64,000 nt of DNA from Bacteroidia bacterium (GTDB lineage Bacteria; Bacteroidota; Bacteroidia; B-17B0; Aurantibacillaceae), in the NCBI GenBank assembly GCA_014378485.1, contig JACMNO010000048.1, positions 943-64,942 of the forward strand, given 5' to 3'. A model generated the notes under the pieces. It was not told where the DNA came from and searched no databases. It saw only the letters and a program-made list of their open reading frames with translations. Of this stretch, positions 30,932 to 40,096 are shown one piece after another; positions within the stretch are counted from its first letter, which is position 1, and every line of letters begins with the position of its first letter. The position numbers were made by a program, and so were the translations under genes.

Positions 30932-31022
30932 ATTTTAGGAATCTCATAATTATATGAGTTTAACTGTAAACTCAAAGCTTTTCTTTTAAAATTTGCATTA
31001 TTTTTACCACACAAATCAAACT

Positions 31023-33137
31023 ATGCTAAAAAATATACTTTCCCTGATTATTTTACTTTTCACGAGCTTTTCTCTACTTAGGGCACAGGATGCTCCGGTG
31101 CATTTTAAACTTTCCACTAAAAAGATCTCTGATTGCGAATACGACCTTTTGTTTAATGCAACAATTGATGCTCCATGGCACATGTATTCATTGGTGAAAG
31201 CTGCAGAAGATGGTCCGAACCCAACTGTTTTTTTGTTTACAAAATCAGAAGATTATGAATTGGTTGGTAAAACTAAAGAGAGTAAACCGGTTAAAGAATT
31301 TGATAAGGTATTTGAAATGAATGTGCAGTATTTCGAACATACCGCCACTTTTACACAGCGCATTAAATTAAAAACGGACAAAAAAGTTTCTATTAAAGGT
31401 AAGTATGAATTTCAGGCCTGCACGGAAGAGAAATGTATATTTCCGCCGGCAGATAATTTTGCGTTTGACTTGCAGGGAACAGCTGTTTGTTTAAATAACA
31501 CTTCTGGATTTAATGATGTTAATGCAGCTCAACCTGAAGTGTCAGCAGTTTGTGTTTGTGATACTCAAGCTATTTTAGCCGCTACTAATGTTTCTGAGAA
31601 TCATGGAAATGTCAATGAAAATTCTGCTGCGGGAGCATCTACTTCCGAACAACCTGTTATCAGAGAACAAACTACAACTCCGTTAGAAGAAAAATCTTTC
31701 TGGGGAATTTTCATTGCTGGTTTTATTGGTGGTTTAGCAGCCTTGCTAACGCCTTGCGTATTTCCAATGATCCCAATGAATGTGAGTTTTTTTACTAAGC
31801 AAAGTAAAACCAAAGCACAAGGAATTCGTAATGCGCTATTATATTCAATTTCAATTATTATTTTATATGTTGGTTTAGGTTTAGGTGTTACCCTGATATT
31901 TGGAGCAGGGGCTTTGCATACGCTTTCAACAAATGTATGGTTCAACCTTGCTTTCTTCGTTTTATTATTGGTGTTTGCCATGTCTTTCCTGGGAGCTTTT
32001 GAAATCACATTACCGAGTGGTTTTATTAATAAGATGGATGCGAAGTCTGACAAAGGGGGTTACCTTGGTATTTTCTTCATGGCATTTACTCTCGCATTGG
32101 TTTCCTTTTCATGTACCGGTCCAATCATTGGAACTCTATTAGTACAGGCTTCTTCTACAGGAAATATTACCGGCCCATTTTTTGGCATGTTTGGTTTTGC
32201 TTTAGCATTGGCACTTCCCTTTGGTTTATTTGCTGCATTCCCTGGCTGGTTAAATTCTTTGCCACAATCAGGAGGTTGGTTAAACGCTGTGAAAGTGACT
32301 TTAGGTTTTTTAGAATTAGCTTTAGCTTTAAAATTTGCTTCTAATGCTGATTTAGTAGTGCAGGCAGGAATTCTTACGCGCGAAGTATTTATCGGATTAT
32401 GGATAGTGATCTTTGCGTTATTGACTATGTATTTGATTGGAATGTATAAAACATCTCATGATAGTGATTTAAAGCATGTGTCGGTTGGGCGTTTATTTGT
32501 GGCGATTGTTTCTTTCTTTTTAACTGTTTATTTAATTCCCGGTTTGTGGGGCGCGCCTTTAAAATTATTATCCGGTATTCTTCCTCCATTGGAGTATTCT
32601 GAATCACCTCATGGTTTTGGTGCTTCAAGTAATCTATCTCCAGAAAAATCAATACCTCAAGATTCAGAATATAGTAAATACATGGAAGTTAATAAGAATG
32701 GAATTGTTCACTTTAAAAATGATTATGAGCATGCGTTAGCCTATGCAAAAAAAGTGGGTAAGCCATTGCTAATTGATTTTACTGGTCATGCTTGTGCAAA
32801 TTGCCGTAAGACGGAAGATTATGTTTGGCCAGATCCTGAGGTCACCACGAGATTGAATAACGATGTTGTATTGGTTTCACTATACGTGGATGATAAGCGC
32901 GCTCTCGATCCAAAAGATTATATGACTGTTCAATGGTATGGCAAAGAAAGACAGATCACTGATATTGGCGATAAATTTAAGTACATGCAAGAAAAAGTAT
33001 ACGGCCAAAGCACTCAGCCATTATATGTGTTAGTTGATAGTAATGAAAAAGTATTGGCACCAATTCGTGGTTACAATCCAAGTATTCCAGAGTATATTAT
33101 ATGGTTAAAGGAAGGCACTAGTAAATATAAAAAGTAA
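31023..33137 (+). CDS. dsbD: Thiol:disulfide interchange protein DsbD (N-domain, cytochrome c biogenesis TM domain, thioredoxin domain)
   Basis: The start is moved to MLKNILSLIILLF (the track start is TTG, 10 codons upstream). TM-core cysteines occur in LTPCVFPMIP and FSCTGP, and the C-terminal thioredoxin motif is HACANC. Confidence 0.9.
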   Translation: MLKNILSLIILLFTSFSLLRAQDAPVHFKLSTKKISDCEYDLLFNATIDAPWHMYSLVKAAEDGPNPTVFLFTKSEDYELVGKTKESKPVKEFDKVFEMNVQYFEHTATFTQRIKLKTDKKVSIKGKYEFQACTEEKCIFPPADNFAFDLQGTAVCLNNTSGFNDVNAAQPEVSAVCVCDTQAILAATNVSENHGNVNENSAAGASTSEQPVIREQTTTPLEEKSFWGIFIAGFIGGLAALLTPCVFPMIPMNVSFFTKQSKTKAQGIRNALLYSISIIILYVGLGLGVTLIFGAGALHTLSTNVWFNLAFFVLLLVFAMSFLGAFEITLPSGFINKMDAKSDKGGYLGIFFMAFTLALVSFSCTGPIIGTLLVQASSTGNITGPFFGMFGFALALALPFGLFAAFPGWLNSLPQSGGWLNAVKVTLGFLELALALKFASNADLVVQAGILTREVFIGLWIVIFALLTMYLIGMYKTSHDSDLKHVSVGRLFVAIVSFFLTVYLIPGLWGAPLKLLSGILPPLEYSESPHGFGASSNLSPEKSIPQDSEYSKYMEVNKNGIVHFKNDYEHALAYAKKVGKPLLIDFTGHACANCRKTEDYVWPDPEVTTRLNNDVVLVSLYVDDKRALDPKDYMTVQWYGKERQITDIGDKFKYMQEKVYGQSTQPLYVLVDSNEKVLAPIRGYNPSIPEYIIWLKEGTSKYKK

Positions 33138-33138
33138 A

Positions 33139-33591
33139 ATGCGATTTGTTATCCAACGTGTTTCAGAAGCATCTGTTAAAATTGAAGCCTCTTTATATAC
33201 AGAGATTCAAAAAGGTTTATTAGTATTAGTTGGTATTGAAGAATCAGATACGATAGAAGATGCAGTTTGGTTGTGCAACAAATTAATTTCATTAAGAATT
33301 TTTAGTGACGCGGAAGACAAAATGAATTTATCATTACAGGATATTAATGGCGATGTATTGTTAGTTTCTCAATTCACTTTATTTGCTTCTACCAAAAAAG
33401 GGAACAGGCCTTCTTTTATCAGATCCGCGAAACCGGATACGGCCATTCCGCTCTATGAATATTGTATAGAGCAACTATCTCAACTCCTTAAAAAGCCTAT
33501 TAAAACAGGAAAATTTGGCGCAGATATGAAAATAAGTTTAGTTAATGACGGCCCTGTCACTATTTTATTGGATAGTAAAACCAAGGAGTAA
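33139..33591 (+). CDS. dtd: D-aminoacyl-tRNA deacylase
   Basis: 150 aa. MRFVIQRVSEASVKIE...LVLVGI...VSQFTL...GNRPSF is canonical Dtd. It starts 1 nt after the dsbD stop. Confidence 0.92.
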   Translation: MRFVIQRVSEASVKIEASLYTEIQKGLLVLVGIEESDTIEDAVWLCNKLISLRIFSDAEDKMNLSLQDINGDVLLVSQFTLFASTKKGNRPSFIRSAKPDTAIPLYEYCIEQLSQLLKKPIKTGKFGADMKISLVNDGPVTILLDSKTKE

Positions 33592-33681
33592 TTCTAATAT
33601 TCCTGCAAATCTGACTTCAATTTATCTGTGATTGATGTAACATCTTTCCTGACTTTTATAAATAAAAGTGAAAATATAAAC

Positions 33682-33689
33682 TACCTTTG
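33682..33689 (+). promoter_or_regulatory. Candidate -7 promoter box (TAnnTTTG) for the ice-binding-like gene
   Basis: TACCTTTG lies 41 nt upstream of the ATG at 33730. Confidence 0.3.
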
Positions 33690-33729
33690 GTGAGCCATGA
33701 AGCTTCATTCATGACGTAAACAATAGAAT

Positions 33730-35349
33730 ATGAAAATAAATTTACTTTTCGCGCTAGCAACAGTTTCACTTTTATCACCAACAATTAATTATTCGCAAGC
33801 TCCAGCACTTGGAACAGCTGCAAATTTCGCATTGTTTTCCACGAACGGCGCTGTTACAAACATGGGTATTTCTCAGGTAACAGGAAACGTAGGAACTAAT
33901 AGCGGTTCAAGCACTGGTTTTGGCAATGTTAATGGCGTGATGAATGATGGTAATGGAGCAAGTGTACAATGTTCAACAGATGTTGCATTAGCTTATAATC
34001 AATTGAATGGAACAACTCCAACTGGTTCTCTTGCTTCTTTAATGGGTAATGGTCAAACTCTTACTGCAGGCGTTTATCAGATAGCTGGTGGTGCTACACT
34101 GAATCTTGAATTGAAACTTGATGGTCAAAATAATCCTAACGCGGTTTTTATTTTTCAGGTGCAGGGAGCTATGTCTGCAGGCCCTTCTGCTAAGGTAAAA
34201 CTGATCAATGATGCAAAAGCCTGTAATGTCTTTTGGAAGGTTGAAGGAGTGGTAAGTTTGGCAGCAGGTGTTTCAATGAAAGGAACAATAATAGCTAATA
34301 ATTCAGCCATTAATATTAATACCGGAGATACACTAGAAGGAAGAGCTTTTTCTATTATAGGCGCTGTTAATACGAATGGTGTTTTGGTATATACTCCAGT
34401 TGGCTGCGGAAGCCCTACATTGAATGGTCCAACTGCACCTGTTTTAGGCGCTGCTGCTTGTTATGCTGTGTTTTCAGGAAATGGTGCAGTATCTAATTCA
34501 GGAATTACTTATTTAACAGGAGATGTAGGAACAAATGTTGGTTCAACAACCGGATTTAACCCTTTATTTGTCAATGGTAATGTTCACCCTATTCCGGATG
34601 GTTCTACAGCACAAGCTGCTGCTGATCTATTGGTTGCTCATACTTATTTAGGTACATTATCACATGATATTGAATTATTATACCCTGCACAATTTGGAAA
34701 AAATTTGGTATTAACTCCTCACACTTATTTATTGAATGCAGCTACTGTTTTTACTGATTCACTCTACCTCGATGCACAAGGAAACCCTAATGCAGTATTT
34801 GTGATGAAAATAAACGGTGCGTTTACTACAAGCACTTATTCAAAAGTTAAATTAATTAATGGAACACAGGCAAAAAATGTGTACTGGAAAATAGAAGGTG
34901 CAGTGGCTATCAATGATTATTCTGTTTTTAAAGGAACGATCGTTTGCAATAACGGAGCATTGGGTGCAATTGGCACAGGTGTTAAAATTGACGGAAGGGC
35001 ATTAACAACAAATGGCGCGCTTAGCATTACAGCATCTACAATAACAGCTCAAAGCGTTCCTAATAATTGCGCTTCTGTTGGTATTAAAGATTTAGTTGGA
35101 AACAATGAAGGTCTATCTGTTTTCCCGAACCCATTTACTTCTATGGTAACAATTGTTATGAGTAATGTGTCACAGGATCTTAAGACTGAGTTCAAAATGT
35201 ATGATTTAGTTGGTAAAGAGGTTTATTCAAAAACTCTTACACAGCAATCCACACAAATGGAAGTTACAGGTCTTGAAAAAGGATTGTATTTTTACAAGAT
35301 CTTCAAAGCAAATGTGCTTTCTCAATCAGGAAAATTAATTGCTGATTAA
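33730..35349 (+). CDS. Ice-binding-like (DUF3494) family protein, two tandem domains, T9SS type A CTD
   Basis: 539 aa with a signal peptide. Domain 1 (~aa 24-225) starts LGTAANFALFSTNGAVTNMGISQVTGNVGTNSGSSTGF, and domain 2 (~aa 236-445) starts LGAAACYAVFSGNGAVSNSGITYLTGDVGTNVGSTTGF. Both carry GNPNAVF.. and NV(F/Y)WK(V/I)EGAV motifs. The C-terminus is LSVFPNPFTS...GLYFYKI...GKLIAD. Confidence 0.85.
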   Translation: MKINLLFALATVSLLSPTINYSQAPALGTAANFALFSTNGAVTNMGISQVTGNVGTNSGSSTGFGNVNGVMNDGNGASVQCSTDVALAYNQLNGTTPTGSLASLMGNGQTLTAGVYQIAGGATLNLELKLDGQNNPNAVFIFQVQGAMSAGPSAKVKLINDAKACNVFWKVEGVVSLAAGVSMKGTIIANNSAININTGDTLEGRAFSIIGAVNTNGVLVYTPVGCGSPTLNGPTAPVLGAAACYAVFSGNGAVSNSGITYLTGDVGTNVGSTTGFNPLFVNGNVHPIPDGSTAQAAADLLVAHTYLGTLSHDIELLYPAQFGKNLVLTPHTYLLNAATVFTDSLYLDAQGNPNAVFVMKINGAFTTSTYSKVKLINGTQAKNVYWKIEGAVAINDYSVFKGTIVCNNGALGAIGTGVKIDGRALTTNGALSITASTITAQSVPNNCASVGIKDLVGNNEGLSVFPNPFTSMVTIVMSNVSQDLKTEFKMYDLVGKEVYSKTLTQQSTQMEVTGLEKGLYFYKIFKANVLSQSGKLIAD

Positions 35350-35366
35350 TTATATTTTATAATTGG

Positions 35367-35402
35367 AAAAGCCTCTTTATTAATTTAGAGAGGCTTTTTT
35401 TT
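35367..35402. terminator. Bidirectional rho-independent terminator between the ice-binding-like gene and recJ
   Basis: AAAAGCCTCTttattaatttAGAGAGGCTTTTTTTTT contains an AGCCTCT/AGAGGCT stem with A/T runs on both sides. It sits between convergent stops at 35349 and 35409. Confidence 0.75.
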
Positions 35403-35408
35403 GATTTT

Positions 35409-37112
35409 TTAAGAAGCCTTAATCTCCTCGATTATCAGTTGAATACTTGTAGTACCCCTAAACTCGTTTACTTTAATTTTATAAACGATATCAACGGGAA
35501 TATTGCGTTTTAAAAAATTTAAGAAATCACCTTTATTAAAAGCAATGGCTTCTATTTTTGTGAGCTTTGTGTTTGGTTGATATACTTCTAATTTTAAATG
35601 ATTGTTGCCAACTACTTTTGCATATCCCGTATCCAGCAAACCACGGCTGCAAAAGGTTGGTGTCATGTTATGCGGACCATGTGGTGCAAACTGATTTAAA
35701 ATGCGAATGAGTTTATCGTTGATGTCATCCAATGAAATTTCAAGATCAATTTCAACTGTTGGAATCAACATCTCCGGTTTGATTGTCCTGGAAACTTCAT
35801 GTTCAAAAGCATCAATAAACGCTTTAATGTTTTCAGTTTTCAGTGAAAGCCCGGCAGCAAATTTATGTCCACCGAATTGTTCCAGTAAATGACTGCAATT
35901 TTCAATAGCAGTATATACATCAAAATCTTTCACACTTCTTGCAGAACCAGTAGCCATACCATTGGATTCTGTTAATATAATAGTTGGTTTATAATATCGC
36001 TCGATCATGCGGGAAGCAACTATACCAACCACACCTTTATGCCAGGAAGGATTAAACAGCACGGTTGATTTTTTAAACGGAGTGATGGGATCACGTTCCA
36101 GTGTTTCATAAGCTTCGTCGGTGATACTGATGTCAATATCGCGGCGGAGTAAATTGGTTTCATTTATTTTTTTTGAAAATTCAGTGGCTTCATCTGTATT
36201 ACTAATTAATAATTCAACAGCTTTAGATCCATGTTCAATTCTTCCTGCTGCATTGATGCGCGGGGCAATGGTAAATACCAAAGTATTAATATCTAATTCT
36301 TTTTCCTGTTTATTTAATGCCAATAATGCTTTTAAACCCGGACGTGGATCAGCGTTCAGTTGCTTTAATCCAAAATGGGCCAGCACACGATTTTCACCGT
36401 TGATGGGAACAATGTCTGCTGCAATGCTTGTAACAACTAAATCCAAATATTCAAATACTTCCTGTTCATCAATGCTGTTTTGAATACAAAAGGCCTGTGC
36501 CAGTTTAAATCCAATACCGCACCCTGCAAGTTCTTTATAGGGGTAGGGGCAATCGTTTTGTTTTGGATCCAGCACGGCAATTGCCTTTGGAATCTCATCT
36601 CCAGGTAAGTGGTGATCACAAATTATAAAATCAATGTTTTTTGAATTGGCGTAATCAATTTTGTCGTTTGCTTTTATACCGCAATCCAAAGCAATAATTA
36701 AAGAGTAATTATTTTCTTCAGCGTAATCAATACTCTTAAAAGAAATTCCATAACCCTCGGCATAACGGTCAGGAATGTAGTAGCGCATTTCAGGAATGTA
36801 CTTTCTAAAAAAACTATAGACCAATGCTACCGAGGTAGTTCCATCAACATCATAATCGCCAAAGATCATTACCTTTTCACGATTCGAAATGGCTTTAATA
36901 ATCCGCTCGATGGCAACGCTCATTCCTTTCATTAAAAAAGGATCATGCAGCATATCTAACGAAGGACGAAAAAAGTTTTTAGCTTCATCAAAACTTTTGA
37001 CACCTCTTAAAGATAATAGTTTGGCAATGGTTTCATTAACAGCAAGGCTGTCTTGCAATGAAGAAATATCTTCTGCATGATTTGTCTGTTGTATGTTCCA
37101 TTTTTTTTCCAC
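35409..37112 (-). CDS. recJ: Single-stranded-DNA-specific exonuclease RecJ
   Basis: 567 aa with DHH motifs (IFGDYDVDGTTS, LDCG, ICDHHLP) and DHHA1 (GGHKFAAG). Confidence 0.92.
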   Translation of the reverse strand: MEKKWNIQQTNHAEDISSLQDSLAVNETIAKLLSLRGVKSFDEAKNFFRPSLDMLHDPFLMKGMSVAIERIIKAISNREKVMIFGDYDVDGTTSVALVYSFFRKYIPEMRYYIPDRYAEGYGISFKSIDYAEENNYSLIIALDCGIKANDKIDYANSKNIDFIICDHHLPGDEIPKAIAVLDPKQNDCPYPYKELAGCGIGFKLAQAFCIQNSIDEQEVFEYLDLVVTSIAADIVPINGENRVLAHFGLKQLNADPRPGLKALLALNKQEKELDINTLVFTIAPRINAAGRIEHGSKAVELLISNTDEATEFSKKINETNLLRRDIDISITDEAYETLERDPITPFKKSTVLFNPSWHKGVVGIVASRMIERYYKPTIILTESNGMATGSARSVKDFDVYTAIENCSHLLEQFGGHKFAAGLSLKTENIKAFIDAFEHEVSRTIKPEMLIPTVEIDLEISLDDINDKLIRILNQFAPHGPHNMTPTFCSRGLLDTGYAKVVGNNHLKLEVYQPNTKLTKIEAIAFNKGDFLNFLKRNIPVDIVYKIKVNEFRGTTSIQLIIEEIKAS

Positions 37113-37227
37113 TAATGTTGTGTTTAATGTGTTTCAATTTTCATCTATCACCCTGAACACATTTTAGGGTTTCAAGAGATATTTAATTAAGTTCAGCATG
37201 ACTTTACCGAAAAATAAATTAAAATAG

Positions 37228-37941
37228 TTAAGCAATGTTATGATAAACGGACATGACATCATCATCATCTTCCATTTTATCTAACATTTTTTTGAATTCA
37301 ATTTCCTGTTCTTCTGTTAACTCTTTAGTAGTAGTTGGAATAAAAGTTTTAATTGTTTCTTTTACAACGTATTTTTTCTCTTCCAAACCGGCCTGCATAA
37401 TTCCAAAGTCTGTAAACGCAACCTGCACGATCAATTCGTTAGTCTCATCATCCCAGGTTAATTCTTCTGCACCAAAATCAATAATATCCAATTCCACATC
37501 ATCGTGATTTAAACCGGTGGAATCTATTTTAAATAAACCTTTTCTTTCAAAAATAAAACTCACCGAACCGGTTGTTCCAACAGAACCATTCGCACGGCTA
37601 AAATAAAGTCTTAAATTAGCGATCGTACGAGTAGGGTTGTCCGTAGCACATTCTACAAGCACAGGAACACCGTATGGACCATAACCTTCATAAATTACTT
37701 CATCATAGTTGCTGGTATCTTTTTCCGAGGCACGTTTAATGGCAGCATCAATGTTTGCTTTAGGCATATTCACAGCTTTGGCATTGGCAATACAAGCTCT
37801 TAATCGAGGATTCAGTTCCGGGTGAGGGCCACTCAGTTTAACGGCCATAACGATTTCTTTCCCAATTTTGGTAAACTGCTTCGCCATTTTAGCATAGCGT
37901 TTGAACATTGTTGCTTTCCTTGTTTGAAAAATACGTCCCAT
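37228..37941 (-). CDS. yebC: YebC/PmpR family DNA-binding transcriptional regulator
   Basis: 237 aa. FKRYAKMAKQFTKIGKEI...NPRLRACIANAKAVNMPK...YEGYGPYGVPVLVECATDN is canonical. Confidence 0.9.
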   Translation of the reverse strand: MGRIFQTRKATMFKRYAKMAKQFTKIGKEIVMAVKLSGPHPELNPRLRACIANAKAVNMPKANIDAAIKRASEKDTSNYDEVIYEGYGPYGVPVLVECATDNPTRTIANLRLYFSRANGSVGTTGSVSFIFERKGLFKIDSTGLNHDDVELDIIDFGAEELTWDDETNELIVQVAFTDFGIMQAGLEEKKYVVKETIKTFIPTTTKELTEEQEIEFKKMLDKMEDDDDVMSVYHNIA

Positions 37942-38031
37942 CGTTCTAAAGTCTTAAATTATCTAAATTTCGACAAATTTAACTCAAATTCCCTATTGCT
38001 TCACTACATTTACTATAAATTAAGAACAAAA

Positions 38032-38346
38032 ATGAACTCTTTACCTCTCCTTGATACTTTCCAGATTCACATTACTTTACCCGATATTTTTACTAGGCGT
38101 TTTGCTGCATTGATTCCTCAGCAACGTGAGCGTGTGAACCAATTACTTGAAGAACGTGTGATCTTAAATTATGCTTTGGATATGGAGCGCACCCAGCTAT
38201 GGATAACCATGCAGGCTAAAAACCAGGAAGCTGTAATGAATATTTTAGCAACTTTCCCAATCATTAAAGATGTGAAAGTAGAGATCTTTGAATTGGCATT
38301 CTTTGACGCCTCACCAATGGGTTTGCCCGAGTTGAATATGAATTAG
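38032..38346 (+). CDS. Small conserved hypothetical protein (105 aa)
   Basis: The track ORF 37822-38346 overlaps yebC antisense, so I prefer the internal ATG (MNSLPLLDTFQIHITLP...). It resembles a small ferredoxin-like family common in Bacteroidota, but I cannot name it reliably. Confidence 0.5.
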   Translation: MNSLPLLDTFQIHITLPDIFTRRFAALIPQQRERVNQLLEERVILNYALDMERTQLWITMQAKNQEAVMNILATFPIIKDVKVEIFELAFFDASPMGLPELNMN

Positions 38347-38387
38347 AAGGCTTTGGCTTTTGTATTAAAATTCTTACCTTTATTTAA

Positions 38388-38594
38388 ATGAAAGTTACAT
38401 TAAATATTAAAGATAGTTTCTATAATACATTTATGGATTTTTTAAAACATTTGCCCGAAGTGAATGTGGAAGAGGAAAAGAAATCAGTCCCTCAATGGCA
38501 GATTGATGAGGTTACTAAGAGAATGAATTCTACGCCTGCTGAGAAGTATATTTCTTTGGAGGATGCAAAAAAAACATTAAAATTTAAGAAATAG
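38388..38594 (+). CDS. Putative antitoxin (addiction-module component) of a RelE/ParE pair
   Basis: 68 aa, ending 2 nt before the toxin ATG. The call rests on small size and position. VPQWQIDEV..R......YISLED resembles Bacteroidota addiction-module antitoxins. Confidence 0.6.
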   Translation: MKVTLNIKDSFYNTFMDFLKHLPEVNVEEEKKSVPQWQIDEVTKRMNSTPAEKYISLEDAKKTLKFKK

Positions 38595-38596
38595 TT

Positions 38597-38893
38597 ATGA
38601 AATACAATATTGTATTTCAACCAAGGGCTGTTATCGAAATTCAGAACTCTATTGATTATTATGACAATAAGCAATTAGGATTGGGTGAAGAGTTTTATAA
38701 TGAAATCTTTGAATATATAGAAACTATCATACTAAACCCATTCTATAAAATTCATTCAGAAAATATACGAATTTTACCATTGAAAAAATTTCCATTCGTA
38801 ATTTTCTATTGGATTGATGAAATAGAAAGAAAAGTTTTTATAGAAGCAGTTTTTCATACTTCACAGAATACTGAAAAATACCCAAAGCCCTGA
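38597..38893 (+). CDS. Type II toxin-antitoxin system RelE/ParE family toxin
   Basis: 98 aa. The pattern MKYNIVFQPRAVIEIQNSIDYY........L...F..E....I..I..NP........NIR...LKKFPF.I.Y.I.....V.I.AVFH is typical of ParE/RelE plasmid-stabilisation toxins. Confidence 0.75.
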   Translation: MKYNIVFQPRAVIEIQNSIDYYDNKQLGLGEEFYNEIFEYIETIILNPFYKIHSENIRILPLKKFPFVIFYWIDEIERKVFIEAVFHTSQNTEKYPKP

Positions 38894-38907
38894 TTTTTGA
38901 ATTATAT

Positions 38908-39747
38908 TTACAGTTCCTTCAATTCAAAACTCTTATCCATTTTAATCCCTCTTTCTGTTTGAGCAACCGTGCAGCATTCAATGGTAGGATCATGTTCAAA
39001 AAATAGAGTCCAGTTATTTTCAGCGGCTAGTTTTAAAATATATTCTTTTTCTTTCATTGTGTTTAACGGACGAACATCATAACCCATAATATATGGCATT
39101 GGAATATGTCCGGCAGAAGGAATTAAATCTGCTAAAAATGCAACCGTTGTATCTTTGTATTTTATTAAAGGCAACATCATCGCTTCTGTATGTCCGTTGG
39201 CTTCATACATACTTATACCTGGCATAAAATCTTTTGTTGTATCTAAAAAATTTAATTGCCCACTTTCTTTAATCGGCATGATGTTTTCTTTTAAGAAGCT
39301 TGCTTTTTCGCGTGGGTTAGGATTAACGGCCCATTCCCAGTGTTTTTCATTGCACCAATACTTTGCATTTTTAAAAGCAGGTTCTGATTTTGTTCTATCT
39401 GCATTGTAAGAAATACTTCCACCACAATGATCAAAATGTAAATGGGTTAAAAACACATCCGTAATATCATCTTTATGAAACCCATGTTTCGCTAAAGAAA
39501 GATCCAGTGTATCATTTCCATGCAAATAATAGTAGCCAAAGAATTTATCATCCTGTTTATTTCCCATACCGTTATCCACTAAAATCAAACGTTTACCATC
39601 TTGTATTAACAAGCAACGCATGGCCCAGCTACACATGTTATTATCATCTGCAGGATTAGATTTGTTCCAGATTGATTTAGGAACTACGCCAAACATAGCG
39701 CCGCCGTCTAATTTAAAATGCCCGGTGTTTATAGAGTATAATTGCAT
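38908..39747 (-). CDS. MBL-fold metallo-hydrolase
   Basis: 279 aa with the THLHFDHCGG motif and downstream His/Asp ligands. Confidence 0.85.
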   Translation of the reverse strand: MQLYSINTGHFKLDGGAMFGVVPKSIWNKSNPADDNNMCSWAMRCLLIQDGKRLILVDNGMGNKQDDKFFGYYYLHGNDTLDLSLAKHGFHKDDITDVFLTHLHFDHCGGSISYNADRTKSEPAFKNAKYWCNEKHWEWAVNPNPREKASFLKENIMPIKESGQLNFLDTTKDFMPGISMYEANGHTEAMMLPLIKYKDTTVAFLADLIPSAGHIPMPYIMGYDVRPLNTMKEKEYILKLAAENNWTLFFEHDPTIECCTVAQTERGIKMDKSFELKEL

Positions 39748-39829
39748 AGTTTATGTTTATTGATGAACTAAATGTAAATAGAAATTAAGTGTAGTGCAAG
39801 AATTTTGTTGAATGTATTGTAATAGGAGG

Positions 39830-40087
39830 CTTGGGCGTGTCCCTGCGGGTCGGGCTTTCAGCACTCGCTTTTTAATTTGCCCTTTGGGACAAATTAAAAG
39901 AGCTCAAACAATGCCTCAATCCCTCACGCATTTTTACTTTATATTTGAAGCTTACATGTCAGGTATGAAATAAATCCCCGCGCAAGGGATGCAAGCGTAA
40001 ATCCTTTTGCCTGTCTCTTGCAAATCACGCCTTGTCGTGAGAAGCGACAACCCGGTTCCTGTCTGCCTTTTACAGGAATGCGCCCAA
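39830..40087. repeat. GC-rich palindromic dimer of the ~100-nt repeat unit (locus B)
   Basis: The left arm is 39830-39929 (CTTGGGCGTGTCCCTGCGGGTCGGGCTTTCAGC....CAATCCCTCACGC). A ~50-nt AT-rich spacer follows. The right arm is 39980-40087 (GCGCAAGGGATGCAAGCGTAAATCCTTTTGCC...TCACGccttgtCGTGA...GGAATGCGCCCAA). Confidence 0.8.
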
Positions 40088-40096
40088 CTTTTTTTA

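Noticed and set aside
37150-37202. CCCTGAAC...GTTCAGCATGAC segment between recJ and yebC, reminiscent of the GTCATGCTGAAC-type palindromic repeats seen near GIY-YIG genes in Bacteroidota
   Set aside because: Only short arms (TGAAC/GTTCA) pair, there is no second copy in this window, and the resemblance rests on my memory of other genomes. That is too weak to call.
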